The notes under the pieces: generated by a model
What the model saw: the letters and a program-made list of their open reading frames with translations, nothing else
What the model was told of the DNA's origin: nothing
Database searches by the model: none
Shown: piece by piece, positions 17,217 to 27,063 of the stretch
Layout of the letters: every line of letters starts with the position of its first letter
Position numbering within the stretch: the first letter of the stretch is position 1
Position numbers and translations under genes: made by a program
From: Dehalococcoidia bacterium
Lineage (GTDB): Bacteria > Chloroflexota > Dehalococcoidia > Lucifugimonadales > GCA-2712585
Direction of reading: 5' to 3'
Assembly: GCA_965226535.1 (NCBI GenBank)
Contig: CBDDDE010000010.1
Coordinates: forward strand, 1,054,140 to 1,086,139
DNA: 32,000 nt

Positions 17217-19685
17217 CTAAGCCACCACCACGTTGACCAGTCGGCCCGGTACGTATACCAGGTTCTTTATCTTCTTGTTCCGAGTGTGGATCTGCACTTT
17301 GGGACTGGACAAAGCCATCTCCTTGACGTCGTTTTCGGAAATGGACGCGGGGGCTTCCAGGCGGTCTCGCAACCGGCCGTTGACCTGCACCACCAGGGTA
17401 ATGGTTTCCTCGGCGGTCATTGCCGGGTCCCATTTGGGGAAGGTCCGGTTGTGGATGCTGTAGGGATGCCCCGTGCGCTCCCATAGCTCTTCCGCGACGT
17501 GCGGAGCAATGGGCGCCAGCAATAGCAGGAACTTCTCAACGCACTCTCGCCACAGCGCCGCGTCTACCTCTCCCTGATTCCATGCCTGTGAAAGATGATT
17601 GGACAGCTCCATCATGGCCGCGATGGCGGTGTTGAACTTGAACCGGTCCAGGTCATTGTGGACCTTCTCTATGGTCTGATGCAGCTTGCGGCGGGTCTGG
17701 GCCGGCCCGGCCCCCTTCTCTACTGTCGCCGGAAGCTTGCTTGGGTCTTGCTGGAGGAGGTCCCAGGTGCGATTCATCCATCGTGCTATTCCGTTTATGC
17801 CCGTGTCCGTCCAGTCGCCTCCCTGGTCCCATGGACCCAGAAACATCAGGTAGGCCCGTACCACGTCGGCGCCAAGGTCTTCCACATAGTTGTCCGGGTT
17901 GATAACGTTGCCGCGGGACTTGCTCATCTTAGCCCCGCTGGCGACTATTGTCCCCTGGTTGAACAGGCGTAAGAAGGGCTCGTCAAAATTTAGCAAGCCC
18001 ATGTCCCGCAGCGCCTTGGTGAAGAAACGAGCGTAAAGCAGGTGCATAACGGCGTGCTCCACGCCGCCGGTGTACTGGTCCACCGGGAGCCACTGGCCTA
18101 CCAAAGTGGGGTCAAAGGGCCCTTTGTCCTCGCGGGGACTGGCAAAGCGGAACATATACCAGGAGGAGTCCACAAAGGTGTCCATAGTGTCTGTCTCACG
18201 GCGAGCCTCACCGTCGCAGGTGGGGCAGGTGGTGTGGACAAAGCCATGGTTGGTAGCCAGGGGAGAGTCCCCCGTGGGCTTAAACTCGGCGTCCAGTGGC
18301 AACAATACCGGCAGCGAGTCAGACGGCACAGGCACCGCGCCGCAATCGTCGCAGTAAACTATGGGTATGGGAGTGCCCCAGTACCGCTGCCGGGAGATGA
18401 GCCAGTCCCTGATACGATAGGATAGCATCCTGCCGCCCCAGCCCTTGCTCTCTATCAAGTCGGCAATGGAATTTATGGCGTTAGGGCTGGCCATCCCGTC
18501 GAACCGGCCGGAATTTACCATAACGCCTTCACCGGCGAAGGCACGGCCGAGTTCTCCCTCCGTGTTGCTGGGGGGACTAATGACTGTCCTAACGGGCAGG
18601 CCGTGCTTCTGGGCGAACTCGTAGTCCCGTTGGTCATGAGCCGGTACCCCCATCACCGACCCCGTGCCGTAGGTGGTAAGCACGTAGTCGGCAATATATA
18701 GCGGCACCCTTTCGCCGTTGGTCAAGTTGACGGCATAGGTGCCCAGCGGGACCCCCGTCTTCTCCTTATCCGTTGCCAGCCGTTCGATCTCCGTTTGCTG
18801 CCGGGTTTTCTCTAAATAGCTCTGCACCTGGGCCCGCTGCTCCGGGGCGGTGAGTTTCCCCACCAGCGGGTGCTCCGGCGCCAATGCCATGAAGGTAACT
18901 CCGTAGATAGTATCGATGCGGGTAGTGAAAGTGCGCAGCTCGTTTTCCTCAAGACCGTAGTGCGAGATGTCGAAGGCTATTTCGACACCCTCGCTGCGGC
19001 CTATCCAGTTTCGCTGCATGGTCAGAATCTTTTCAGGCCAGTCGATGAGGCCGCTAAAGTCTAGCAGCTCCTCGGCGTAGTCAGTGATGCGAAAGAACCA
19101 CTGCTGGAGGGCGCGGCGGGTCACCACAGTGTCGCAGCGCTCGCAGCAGCCGTTGACCACCTGCTCGTTGGCCAACACCGTTTGACACGAGGAGCACCAG
19201 ACCACCGGGGCCTCGGCGCGGTAGACCAGCCCCTTCTCATAAAATTTAAGGAAGAGCCACTGGTTCCACCTGTAGTACTCGGGAAGGCAGGTGATAACTT
19301 CCCGGTTCCAGTCATATACGGGGCCCATTGAGCGCAGCTGTCGCCGCATGTTCTCTATATTGCCCATGGTCCAGGGGTTCGGGTGAATACCGCGGCTTAT
19401 GGCCGCATTCTCCGCCGGCAGCCCAAAGGCGTCAAAGCCCATGGGGTGGAGGACGTTGTATCCCTGCATTCGGCGAAAGCGGGCATGGCTGTCCGAGGGC
19501 GCCATGACGTACCAGTGTCCGATGTGCAGATCACCGGAAGGATAGGGGTACATGGTAAGCTCGTGCCACTTCGGTCTAGGGTCGTCGTCCCGGGTTCGGT
19601 AGATACCGTCCTTTTCCCAACGGTCCTGCCATTTTCTATCTATCTCCGTGGCTGGAAACCTGATCTCTACACGCCGCGTTGTCAT
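17217..19685 (-). CDS. leuS: Leucine--tRNA ligase
   Basis: HIGH motif (PSGDLHIGHWY) and KMSKS (GAKMSKSRGN). I prefer the start at MTTRRVEIRF (ATG 19685), giving 823 aa. The track ORF extends upstream to 19934 across the promoter region. Confidence 0.95.
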   Translation of the reverse strand: MTTRRVEIRFPATEIDRKWQDRWEKDGIYRTRDDDPRPKWHELTMYPYPSGDLHIGHWYVMAPSDSHARFRRMQGYNVLHPMGFDAFGLPAENAAISRGIHPNPWTMGNIENMRRQLRSMGPVYDWNREVITCLPEYYRWNQWLFLKFYEKGLVYRAEAPVVWCSSCQTVLANEQVVNGCCERCDTVVTRRALQQWFFRITDYAEELLDFSGLIDWPEKILTMQRNWIGRSEGVEIAFDISHYGLEENELRTFTTRIDTIYGVTFMALAPEHPLVGKLTAPEQRAQVQSYLEKTRQQTEIERLATDKEKTGVPLGTYAVNLTNGERVPLYIADYVLTTYGTGSVMGVPAHDQRDYEFAQKHGLPVRTVISPPSNTEGELGRAFAGEGVMVNSGRFDGMASPNAINSIADLIESKGWGGRMLSYRIRDWLISRQRYWGTPIPIVYCDDCGAVPVPSDSLPVLLPLDAEFKPTGDSPLATNHGFVHTTCPTCDGEARRETDTMDTFVDSSWYMFRFASPREDKGPFDPTLVGQWLPVDQYTGGVEHAVMHLLYARFFTKALRDMGLLNFDEPFLRLFNQGTIVASGAKMSKSRGNVINPDNYVEDLGADVVRAYLMFLGPWDQGGDWTDTGINGIARWMNRTWDLLQQDPSKLPATVEKGAGPAQTRRKLHQTIEKVHNDLDRFKFNTAIAAMMELSNHLSQAWNQGEVDAALWRECVEKFLLLLAPIAPHVAEELWERTGHPYSIHNRTFPKWDPAMTAEETITLVVQVNGRLRDRLEAPASISENDVKEMALSSPKVQIHTRNKKIKNLVYVPGRLVNVVVA

Positions 19686-19725
19686 GTCTGGCTCTTCTGT
19701 CCTGTCTTCTAATTGTAGGTGTCCT

Positions 19726-19731
19726 ATTATA
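19726..19731 (-). promoter_or_regulatory. Candidate -10 (TATAAT) for leuS
   Basis: The minus strand reads ggggtgTATAATaggacacc, about 40 nt upstream of the ATG at 19685. The -35 is weak. Confidence 0.4.
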
Positions 19732-19774
19732 CACCCCATGCGGGCGGGCTTATCCGCCGTACCCCGTCCCAAAG

Positions 19775-19803
19775 TTGACACCAAATCAGGATGGTACGAT
19801 ACT
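19775..19803 (+). promoter_or_regulatory. Sigma70-type promoter for the LLM/hydrolase operon: TTGACA, 17-nt spacer, GATACT
   Basis: TTGACA at 19775..19780 and GATACT at 19798..19803. SD GGAGG at 19829..19833 precedes the ATG at 19840. Confidence 0.5.
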
Positions 19804-19839
19804 GGCCTTGTAACAAACCCCTTTTCCTGGGAGGTGTAT

Positions 19840-20712
19840 ATGAAGGTGGGTGTGGTATTTCCCCAAACAGAGATTGGCCCGGACCCTGGAGCTGTCTGCG
19901 AATATGCCCAGGCAGCCGAATCCTTGGGATACAATCATCTATTGGTCTATGATCACGTCCTTGGCGCCGACACCGGATTCTATGAAAACTGGGGAGGGGC
20001 CTACAAGTTGGAAGACCAGTTCCACGAGCCCTTTGTCCTCTTTGGCTACCTGGCGGCCATGACCCGCAGTATAGAGCTCACCACCGGCATAATAATCCTT
20101 CCCCAGCGGCAAACCGTTTTGGTGGCCAAACAGGCCGCAGAAGTGGACCTCTTGACGGGAGGACGACTACGTTTAGGAATCGGCATCGGCTGGAACAACG
20201 TGGAATATGAAGCCCTGGGCGAGAACTTCCGTAATCGTGGCAGGCGCAGTGAGGAGCAGATAGCCCTCTTGCGAGAGTTGTGGACCAAAGAGGTCGTTAC
20301 CTTTGAAGGCAAGTGGCACCGCGTGACCCGCGCCGGTCTTAACCCCTTGCCGGTGCAGCGTCCAATCCCCATCTGGTTTGGCGGCGGCTCTGAGCAGGTA
20401 CTCAAGCGCATCGGAAGAATGGGGGACGGTTGGATAACCACCACCCGCAACATGGCGCTAAACGACTCCTTCCAGGCCATTCTCGAAAGGATCCATGGGT
20501 ATGCTCGTGAGGCGGGTCGTAACCCGGCTGACATTGGCATAGAGGGGGCCGTTGTAGCGGGCCAGGGTTCTCCTGAAGACTGGGCCGCCTCCTTTTCCCA
20601 GTGGAAGTCTTATGGCGCTACCCACGTCACCTTCAACACCATGAACTCCGACTTCACGTCGGTGGACCAGCACGTCGACGCTATTAGTCGTTTTAAAGAG
20701 GTTGTCTCTTGA
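19840..20712 (+). CDS. LLM-class (luciferase-like) probable F420-dependent oxidoreductase
   Basis: MKVGVVFPQTEIG...GYNHLLVYDHVLG...TTGIIILPQR...GRLRLGIGIGWN resembles the Rv2161c-type LLM family from memory. The track ORF start at 19648 is rejected. Confidence 0.85.
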   Translation: MKVGVVFPQTEIGPDPGAVCEYAQAAESLGYNHLLVYDHVLGADTGFYENWGGAYKLEDQFHEPFVLFGYLAAMTRSIELTTGIIILPQRQTVLVAKQAAEVDLLTGGRLRLGIGIGWNNVEYEALGENFRNRGRRSEEQIALLRELWTKEVVTFEGKWHRVTRAGLNPLPVQRPIPIWFGGGSEQVLKRIGRMGDGWITTTRNMALNDSFQAILERIHGYAREAGRNPADIGIEGAVVAGQGSPEDWAASFSQWKSYGATHVTFNTMNSDFTSVDQHVDAISRFKEVVS

Positions 20713-20752
20713 CCCAGGGGATGCACACATGCCAAGTACAGTAGGAGGGCCA

Positions 20753-21553
20753 ATGGCTCAAACCTGGACAGAAGAGTTCCTGGACTACGCGGGAGCTAGG
20801 CTAAATATGATGAAGGCGGGGGAGGGCCCTCCCCTGCTTGTTCTCCACGGCGCCGGCGGTAGCGGTGGCATAATGCCTTACCACAACGCTTTGGCGGAAA
20901 ATTTTACCCTTTACGTTCCCTCTCACCCCGGCTTTGACAAGTCTACCAGGCCATCCTGGATGGACTCCATTGCCGCAGTGTCCCACTTCTACATGGGACT
21001 CATGGATGAGATGGGGCTGGAACGCTTTTCCGTCCTGGGGTTTTCCATGGGGGCTTGGATGGCCGCGGAGATGGCGGCCATGTGCTACTGCCGCCTAGAC
21101 CGCCTCGTACTGGTGTCGGCGGTGGGAATAAGACCCCGGCGTGGCCAGATTGCCGAGCTCTTTACCACGTCTAGGGAACGGGTGAAGGAGCTTCGTTTTT
21201 ACGACACCGCCCAGGTGCCCGACTACGACCGGCTTTTTGGCCGGGAGATGACCCTGGCGGAGGCCGCGGTGGAGCGGCATAACCGGGAGACGTCAACTCG
21301 CTGGTGCTGGAAACCTTATATGTACAATCCCAACCTGCCCCACTACCTCAAGAAAGTTTCTACCCCCACCCTGGTGGTCTGGGGGAAGCAGGACGCCATA
21401 GCGCCCGTGGAATGCGCCGAACTGTATTGCGGGGCCATTCCCAACTCCAAGCTTCATGTCATAGACCGCTGCGGCCACTCGCCGCAGTTTGAGAAACCGC
21501 AGGAGTTTCTGGACGCTGTAATCCCCTTCCTAAACGGTTCTCAGGGTACATAA
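20753..21553 (+). CDS. Alpha/beta hydrolase (MhpC/BphD-like fold)
   Basis: LLVLHGAGGSG, nucleophile elbow GFSMG, GKQDAIAP, CGHSPQFEKPQEF. SD AGGAGG precedes the ATG at 20753. Alternative starts at 20702 and 20729. Confidence 0.85.
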   Translation: MAQTWTEEFLDYAGARLNMMKAGEGPPLLVLHGAGGSGGIMPYHNALAENFTLYVPSHPGFDKSTRPSWMDSIAAVSHFYMGLMDEMGLERFSVLGFSMGAWMAAEMAAMCYCRLDRLVLVSAVGIRPRRGQIAELFTTSRERVKELRFYDTAQVPDYDRLFGREMTLAEAAVERHNRETSTRWCWKPYMYNPNLPHYLKKVSTPTLVVWGKQDAIAPVECAELYCGAIPNSKLHVIDRCGHSPQFEKPQEFLDAVIPFLNGSQGT

Positions 21554-21575
21554 AGACCTGCCAAAGGAGGCCTCA

Positions 21576-22715
21576 GTGTCGGTTCAAGTTTACTGGTTTA
21601 CAGAGCAGCCCTACAGCTTTACCACCGAAGAAAATCTGGCCAATCACCAGAAAGATTCGTACTTTACCTATAGCAACAAGTTCTTTGACCCCTGGAAGGC
21701 TCACCAACTGTACAAGGAGTACCACCAACAGTACGCTTTGGCTGACGAGGTTGGCTTCGACGGCATCATGACCAACGAGCACCATAACGCTTGGTGGTGT
21801 ATGAAACCTTCCGCAAATATCGACGCCACCGCCATTGCCAAGGTCACCAATAATTGTAAGATTGCTATTCTTGGCAATGTGATTCCCATCACCGATAACC
21901 CGGTCCGCATCGCCGAAGAGATAGCCATGGTGGACGTTATATCGGGCGGACGCGTCATTTCCGGTTTCGTTCGCGGGACCCCGGTGGAGAGCCTCCAGGC
22001 CAACATCAACCCCGCAGAGAATAGCGAGAGGTTTCAAGAGGCTCACGATCTCATTATCAAGACCTGGACTTCCGACGGTCCCTTTCGATGGGAGGGGAAG
22101 TACTTTCATTACCGTGTCGTAAACCCCTGGATGAAGCCCATTCAAAAGCCTCATCCGCCCATCTGGTATCCCGGCACCTCCAGCGTGGAAAGCGTTGTTT
22201 GGGCCGCCGAGCGGGGCTACGCCTATATGAGCCTTGGGAGTATGCTGGACGTCGCCGTTCAGACCAACGAGCTTTACCACAAGACCGCCCGTGCCGCGGG
22301 GTTCGACACCGGTCCGGAGCACTACGGCTACCTGATTCGAGCCTTTGTGGCTGACACGGACGAAAGGGCCTATGAGATGGGAAAGCATTTCATGTGGAAC
22401 GAGAAGTATCGATTCAAGTCCATTGAGGAGCACGCTGACCCGCCGGGCTATAGGAGCCGCGATGCCGCCAAGGTAGCTTCCAAACGAATACAGCCAGGAT
22501 TCGGCGGCTGGACCTACGACCAGCTTATCGAGATGGACAACCTCATTGTGGGAACGCCTGACACCGTCATAAAGAAGCTTAGGAAAATACGGGACGAGCT
22601 AAAGGCCGGGTATCTCTTGCTCTACGGCCACGAGGGCCCTATGCCCCATGAAGATGTAATGCGCTCCATTGAGCTATGGGGTACAAAGGTCATCCCGGCT
22701 CTCAAGGAGTCCTAG
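21576..22715 (+). CDS. LLM-class flavin-dependent oxidoreductase/monooxygenase (about 380-aa type)
   Basis: GFDGIMTNEHH, IAEEIAMVDVISGGRVISGFVRG, PHPPIWYPG. GTG start 6 nt after AAAGGAGG. Confidence 0.85.
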   Translation: MSVQVYWFTEQPYSFTTEENLANHQKDSYFTYSNKFFDPWKAHQLYKEYHQQYALADEVGFDGIMTNEHHNAWWCMKPSANIDATAIAKVTNNCKIAILGNVIPITDNPVRIAEEIAMVDVISGGRVISGFVRGTPVESLQANINPAENSERFQEAHDLIIKTWTSDGPFRWEGKYFHYRVVNPWMKPIQKPHPPIWYPGTSSVESVVWAAERGYAYMSLGSMLDVAVQTNELYHKTARAAGFDTGPEHYGYLIRAFVADTDERAYEMGKHFMWNEKYRFKSIEEHADPPGYRSRDAAKVASKRIQPGFGGWTYDQLIEMDNLIVGTPDTVIKKLRKIRDELKAGYLLLYGHEGPMPHEDVMRSIELWGTKVIPALKES

Positions 22716-22746
22716 GCGCTGGTACCGACTCGTCCTCCGCCGCAAC

Positions 22747-23700
22747 CTAACCGGGCGATAACTCGCCCAGAACTTGCACTGTCCTTTCCCAGGAGGCCTT
22801 GGGATTCGGGCCCGTTAGCACCGGCGAGGCGATTATCTCCGTTGCGCCGTAGGATAGAAGCCTAAGGATCCCTTCTTTTACCGCCTCGGCGCTGCCGTGG
22901 ATGGTTACCGAGTCGATCATGGCGTCGCTCCAAGCCCCTTCCCGCGCTTCCGGGAAACCCGCGTCGCAAAACATCTGGGCGTAGAAGGGCAGTCCTACGT
23001 ACATGGCCATCTGCTCTCTCACGCCCCGGCGCACTTCATCAGCCTTTTCATTGACGGACACTATGGCGTGGGCAATGAGAGGTGGCGTGGGTCTCCCCGC
23101 CTTTCTAGCCCCGGTCTCCATGGCGGGCAGGGCCGTGTCCCGCAGGTACTTGGCGGGGCACACCCAGCTAATAGCCGCGTCGGCCTCCTCGCCGCAGAGT
23201 TGGTAGGAACGGCGCCGGAGTGCCGAGGCCATCACCGGCACGTCCATTGGGGCTTCTATCTCCGCGTGAGCTGTGTAATAGCGGCCGTCCATGTCCACCT
23301 TCCCACGCTGCAACAGGGCCTTTAATATGCGAATGTACTCGCGAAGGTTCCCAAGAGGAGCGCGGAAATTGACACCAAAGCCTTGCACCATTCCGTCCTT
23401 GTGGCTCGGCCCCACCCCAAGGCGAAAACGCCCGTTGCTCAACTGCGCAAGCACCTGCACCTGCTGCACTACCGCTATGGGGTGGCGAGGCCAGGTTGGA
23501 ATTATTGAGGTGCCCAGTAGAATGTCTTTAGTCCGTACTGAGGCGGCGGCGAACAGGGTAAGACCGTCCAACCTAGCGCCCCCGGTTGTCAACCAAGCCG
23601 CCGATACCCCTAGCTCCTCGGCCCGTTGAATCATGGCGACGGTCTTAACGCTGTCCCTGGCCGATATCGCGAGCCCTACCCTCTTTTGATTTATCATCAC
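22747..23700 (-). CDS. LLM-class probable F420-dependent oxidoreductase
   Basis: AEELGVSAAWLTT, LGTSIIPTWPRHP, GRFRLGVGPSH. Lies 44 nt downstream of uvrA on the same strand. Confidence 0.85.
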   Translation of the reverse strand: MMINQKRVGLAISARDSVKTVAMIQRAEELGVSAAWLTTGGARLDGLTLFAAASVRTKDILLGTSIIPTWPRHPIAVVQQVQVLAQLSNGRFRLGVGPSHKDGMVQGFGVNFRAPLGNLREYIRILKALLQRGKVDMDGRYYTAHAEIEAPMDVPVMASALRRRSYQLCGEEADAAISWVCPAKYLRDTALPAMETGARKAGRPTPPLIAHAIVSVNEKADEVRRGVREQMAMYVGLPFYAQMFCDAGFPEAREGAWSDAMIDSVTIHGSAEAVKEGILRLLSYGATEIIASPVLTGPNPKASWERTVQVLGELSPG

Positions 23701-23744
23701 CTCTCCACTGACCGTGTTTTGTAGTATGATCCGGCGCCGGCCAA

Positions 23745-26645
23745 CTAGTCGGCGGGTACTGCCATGCGCTCCCGGCCAATGCCCAGCGCCTCTTTCAGAT
23801 ACCGGCTTGTGTAGGACTTCTTCACTTTGGCCACCGACTCCGGCGTGCCTTTGGCCACCACCCGGCCACCCTTGTCGGCGGGTCCGGGGCCCATGTCAAT
23901 AATCCAATCGGCGTTCTTGATCATGTCCAGATGATGCTCTATGAGTATGATGGAGTTTCCCGCGTCCACAAGGCGATGCAGCACGTTCAACAGAGCGGCG
24001 CAGTCTGAAAAAGATAGGCCGGTGGTGGGCTCGTCCAACAGATAGAGGGTCTTGCCTGTCGCGCGGCGAGATAGCTCTGTGGAGAGCTTCACTCGCTGGG
24101 CCTCGCCGCCTGACAGCGTGGTGGCGGGCTGTCCCAAACGTATGTATCCCAGACCCACGTCTCGCATAGTCTCCAGCTTATTTTTTATCTTGGGAATGTT
24201 CTGGAAAAACTCCAGCGCCGTGGACACCGTCATGCTCAATACGTCGGCGATACTCTTGTCCCGGTAGCGAATCTCCAGGGCCTCCCGGTTGTAGCGCTGG
24301 CCCTTGCACACGTCGCAGGGCACCGTGACGTCGGGGAGGAACTGCATCTCCACGTGAGTGTAGCCCTCCCCCTGGCAGGCTTCGCACCGGCCCCCCTTGA
24401 CATTAAAGGAAAAGCGCCCCGGCTTATAGCCCCGCGCTCGTGACTCGGGTAGGCTGGAAAAAAGGTCGCGTATGGGTGTGAAGGTGCCCGTGTACGTTGC
24501 CGGATTGCTCCTTGGCGTCCGTCCAATGGGTGACTGGTCTATGTTTATCACCTTGTCTAGGTTCTCAATGCCCATCAACTCGTCGTGCTTACCCGGTCTG
24601 TCCTTGGCCCTATTCATCGCCTGGGCCAACCGCTTGTAAAGTATCTCGTATATCAGGGAGCTCTTACCGGAACCGGAGACCCCCGTAACGCAGACCAGCC
24701 TTCCCAAGGGAAATTTCACGTTTATATTCTTCAGGTTGTTTTCCTTGGCTCCCCTGACCTCCAGCTCGTTGCCGTTGCCCTGGCGGCGAGAAGTAGGTAC
24801 GGGGATTGTCTTCCTCCCGCTCAGGTATAGCCCCGTGAGGGAGTCGTCCGACGACATAACGTCGTCAATGGTGCCTGTGACGACCACGGAGCCGCCGTGT
24901 TCGCCGGCCCCTGGACCAAGGTCTATGATGTGATTGGCGGCGCGCATTATAGCTTCGTCGTGCTCCACCACGATAACCGTGTTGCCCAGATCGCGTAGAT
25001 GGTTCAATGTACCTATGAGCCGATTATCGTCGAAGGGATGAAGTCCAATGGTCGGCTCGTCGCAGACATACAGCACCCCGGTGAGGCCCGAGCCTATCTG
25101 GGTGGCCAGGCGTATCCTTTGCGCCTCTCCACCGGAGAGGGTGCGGGCCGACCGGGCCAGGGTCAGGTATCCCAGGCCGATGTTCTCCAGAAACTGCAGT
25201 CGAGTGAATATCTCCTTGAGAATGGGTCGGGCTATGGCCCGCTCCCGCGGTGACAGGACCGCCGAGGCGCCATTGCTTGAGTCTTCAGTGGCCAGTTGGC
25301 TGGCCCACAGGAGGGCCTGAGTCACGGGCAGTCCGCAAACCTCCATTATCCCTTTCTTGTCCACTTCCACCGACAGGGCCTCGGGGCGGAGACGGCGCCC
25401 CTGGCACGATTGGCACGGCCTGGCGGCCATGTAACGTTCAATCTCATTTCGAATGTAGTCCGACTCGGTGTCGCGGAAGCGCCGCTCCAGATTGGGTATC
25501 ACCCCTTCAAATTTGGTCTTCCAACTGTAAACGCGGCCCCGCTGCGTGGTGTGCCGCATGGTCACTGACTTGCCCTTGTTGCCGTAGAGAATCAGATCAA
25601 TGGCCCAGTCCTGAAGCTCCCGCACCGGCACCTTGGTGGAAAAGCCGTAGCTGCGTCCCATGGAATCCAGAAGGCTGCCGTACCAGGGACTGGAGGAACC
25701 CGCCCTTGACCAGGGCAAGACTGCCCCCTCGCTCAGGGTCAGGTCCTTGTTAGACAGCACCAGCTCCGGGTCCACCTCCAGCTTGTAACCCAATCCCGTG
25801 CAGGCGCTACACGCCCCGTGGGGGCTGTTGAAGCTGAATGTGCGAGGCTCTATTTCCGGTAGACCGGTGCCACACTTGACACAGGAAAACTGCTCTGAGA
25901 ACTCCAGCTCCTCGCCGCCTTCCACCGCCACCTGTACTACCCCGTCACCCTCTCGCAGCGCCGTTTCCACGGAATCGGTGACACGCTCCATTTCCAGGTC
26001 GTCATCTATGGATAGCCGGTCCACCGCCAATTCAACATAGTGCCACCGGCGCTTGTCCAGGTTCAGGTTGTCCGCTTCCTCAGTGCGCATCACCTGGCCG
26101 TTGACCCTAACTCTAGCGAAGCCCGACTTACGAGCGTCGCTAAAGACCTCCTTGTGCTCGCCTTTGCGGCGGCGCACCTTTGGGGCCAAAACCATTATGC
26201 GGGTTCCTTTTTGAAGATTGAGAATGGAGTCCACAATTTGCTGAACGGTCTGCCGCGCTACCGGCTGCCCACAGCCGGGGCAATGGGGTCTCCCCGCCCG
26301 AGCAAAAAGTAGACGCAGGTAGTCATATATCTCGGTGACGGTGCCTACTGTTGAGCGGGGATTGTGGGACACCCCTTTCTGGTCAATGGAGATTGCGGGC
26401 GATAGGCCTTCGATATATTCAACCTCCGGCTTTTCCATGCGGCCCAGGAACTGCCGGGCATAGGCCGACAGCGACTCTACGTAGCGGCGCTGGCCTTCTG
26501 CGTATATTGTGTCGAAAGCCAAGGAACTTTTCCCGGAACCCGACACTCCGGTGATTACCACCAGCTTATCCCTGGGTATCACCAAGTCAATATTCTTGAG
26601 GTTGTGTTGTGTTGCTCCCCTAATGACAATGTTTTCCTGTGGCAT
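23745..26645 (-). CDS. uvrA: Excinuclease ABC subunit UvrA
   Basis: [59 protein letters not shown]. Two ABC modules and Zn-finger Cys pairs. 966 aa. Confidence 0.98.
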   Translation of the reverse strand: MPQENIVIRGATQHNLKNIDLVIPRDKLVVITGVSGSGKSSLAFDTIYAEGQRRYVESLSAYARQFLGRMEKPEVEYIEGLSPAISIDQKGVSHNPRSTVGTVTEIYDYLRLLFARAGRPHCPGCGQPVARQTVQQIVDSILNLQKGTRIMVLAPKVRRRKGEHKEVFSDARKSGFARVRVNGQVMRTEEADNLNLDKRRWHYVELAVDRLSIDDDLEMERVTDSVETALREGDGVVQVAVEGGEELEFSEQFSCVKCGTGLPEIEPRTFSFNSPHGACSACTGLGYKLEVDPELVLSNKDLTLSEGAVLPWSRAGSSSPWYGSLLDSMGRSYGFSTKVPVRELQDWAIDLILYGNKGKSVTMRHTTQRGRVYSWKTKFEGVIPNLERRFRDTESDYIRNEIERYMAARPCQSCQGRRLRPEALSVEVDKKGIMEVCGLPVTQALLWASQLATEDSSNGASAVLSPRERAIARPILKEIFTRLQFLENIGLGYLTLARSARTLSGGEAQRIRLATQIGSGLTGVLYVCDEPTIGLHPFDDNRLIGTLNHLRDLGNTVIVVEHDEAIMRAANHIIDLGPGAGEHGGSVVVTGTIDDVMSSDDSLTGLYLSGRKTIPVPTSRRQGNGNELEVRGAKENNLKNINVKFPLGRLVCVTGVSGSGKSSLIYEILYKRLAQAMNRAKDRPGKHDELMGIENLDKVINIDQSPIGRTPRSNPATYTGTFTPIRDLFSSLPESRARGYKPGRFSFNVKGGRCEACQGEGYTHVEMQFLPDVTVPCDVCKGQRYNREALEIRYRDKSIADVLSMTVSTALEFFQNIPKIKNKLETMRDVGLGYIRLGQPATTLSGGEAQRVKLSTELSRRATGKTLYLLDEPTTGLSFSDCAALLNVLHRLVDAGNSIILIEHHLDMIKNADWIIDMGPGPADKGGRVVAKGTPESVAKVKKSYTSRYLKEALGIGRERMAVPAD

Positions 26646-26662
26646 TTAAACCTTCCGCAATA

Positions 26663-26684
26663 GGTGGCGTGAGCCACCATTTTA
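26663..26684 (-). promoter_or_regulatory. Candidate uvrA -10 (TAAAAT) abutting a 6-4-6 palindrome
   Basis: The minus strand reads gcTAAAATGGTGGCtcacGCCACCtattgcGGAAGGtttaaATG. Confidence 0.3.
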
Positions 26685-26805
26685 GCACCACACAAGCATA
26701 AACAGTACCTTTGTAGAAGTTGACATAAGGGATATGCTCTAATACTTTGGTTGCACCAGGATGCTTCATCTTTACGGGAGCCAATTGGAGTAAAGGGGAC
26801 GGATT

Positions 26806-27063
26806 ATGCAAAATGTGGTTGGAATACAGCGAAGAGAATACGAGGAAAACGGGGTTCTCTCCTCCCGAAACTACGACCATCCTTCCCTGTCCAATCGAGT
26901 TGTTATTAGCTTAGACGATGAAAACCTGGAGGTAAGCTTTCAGGAAGTTGATCATCCCAGGCAGGTTGGATTGAAGATGCCTTGGGAAACGGCCGTTGCC
27001 ATAGCAAATCTGATCCTTGCCGTCACTGAAGGAGACCTAAAATCCGTATCGGCGGACCTTTAG
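26806..27063 (+). CDS. Hypothetical small protein (85 aa)
   Basis: Only an ORF with a weak SD (aaagggga) in a stretch that looks AT-richer by eye. I recognise no motif. Its 3' end overlaps the convergent GNAT reading frame. Confidence 0.4.
   Translation: MQNVVGIQRREYEENGVLSSRNYDHPSLSNRVVISLDDENLEVSFQEVDHPRQVGLKMPWETAVAIANLILAVTEGDLKSVSADL

Noticed and set aside
19686-19839. T-box leader upstream of leuS
   Set aside because: The predicted leader is only about 35-40 nt. It has no specifier-loop or T-box sequence and no terminator/antiterminator pair. The region is explained by two divergent promoters.
21573-22433. 286-aa minus-strand ORF covering most of the LLM2 gene
   Set aside because: It is antisense to a gene with clear family motifs and a strong SD, and its sequence is low-complexity with no recognisable motif. 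This is the typical shadow ORF of GC-rich DNA. The same applies to 14904..15512, 2400..2999, 28336..28869, 12346..12831, 20046..20540, 15689..16078 and the plus-strand ORFs inside sbcC (319..804, 338..745, 1277..1657).
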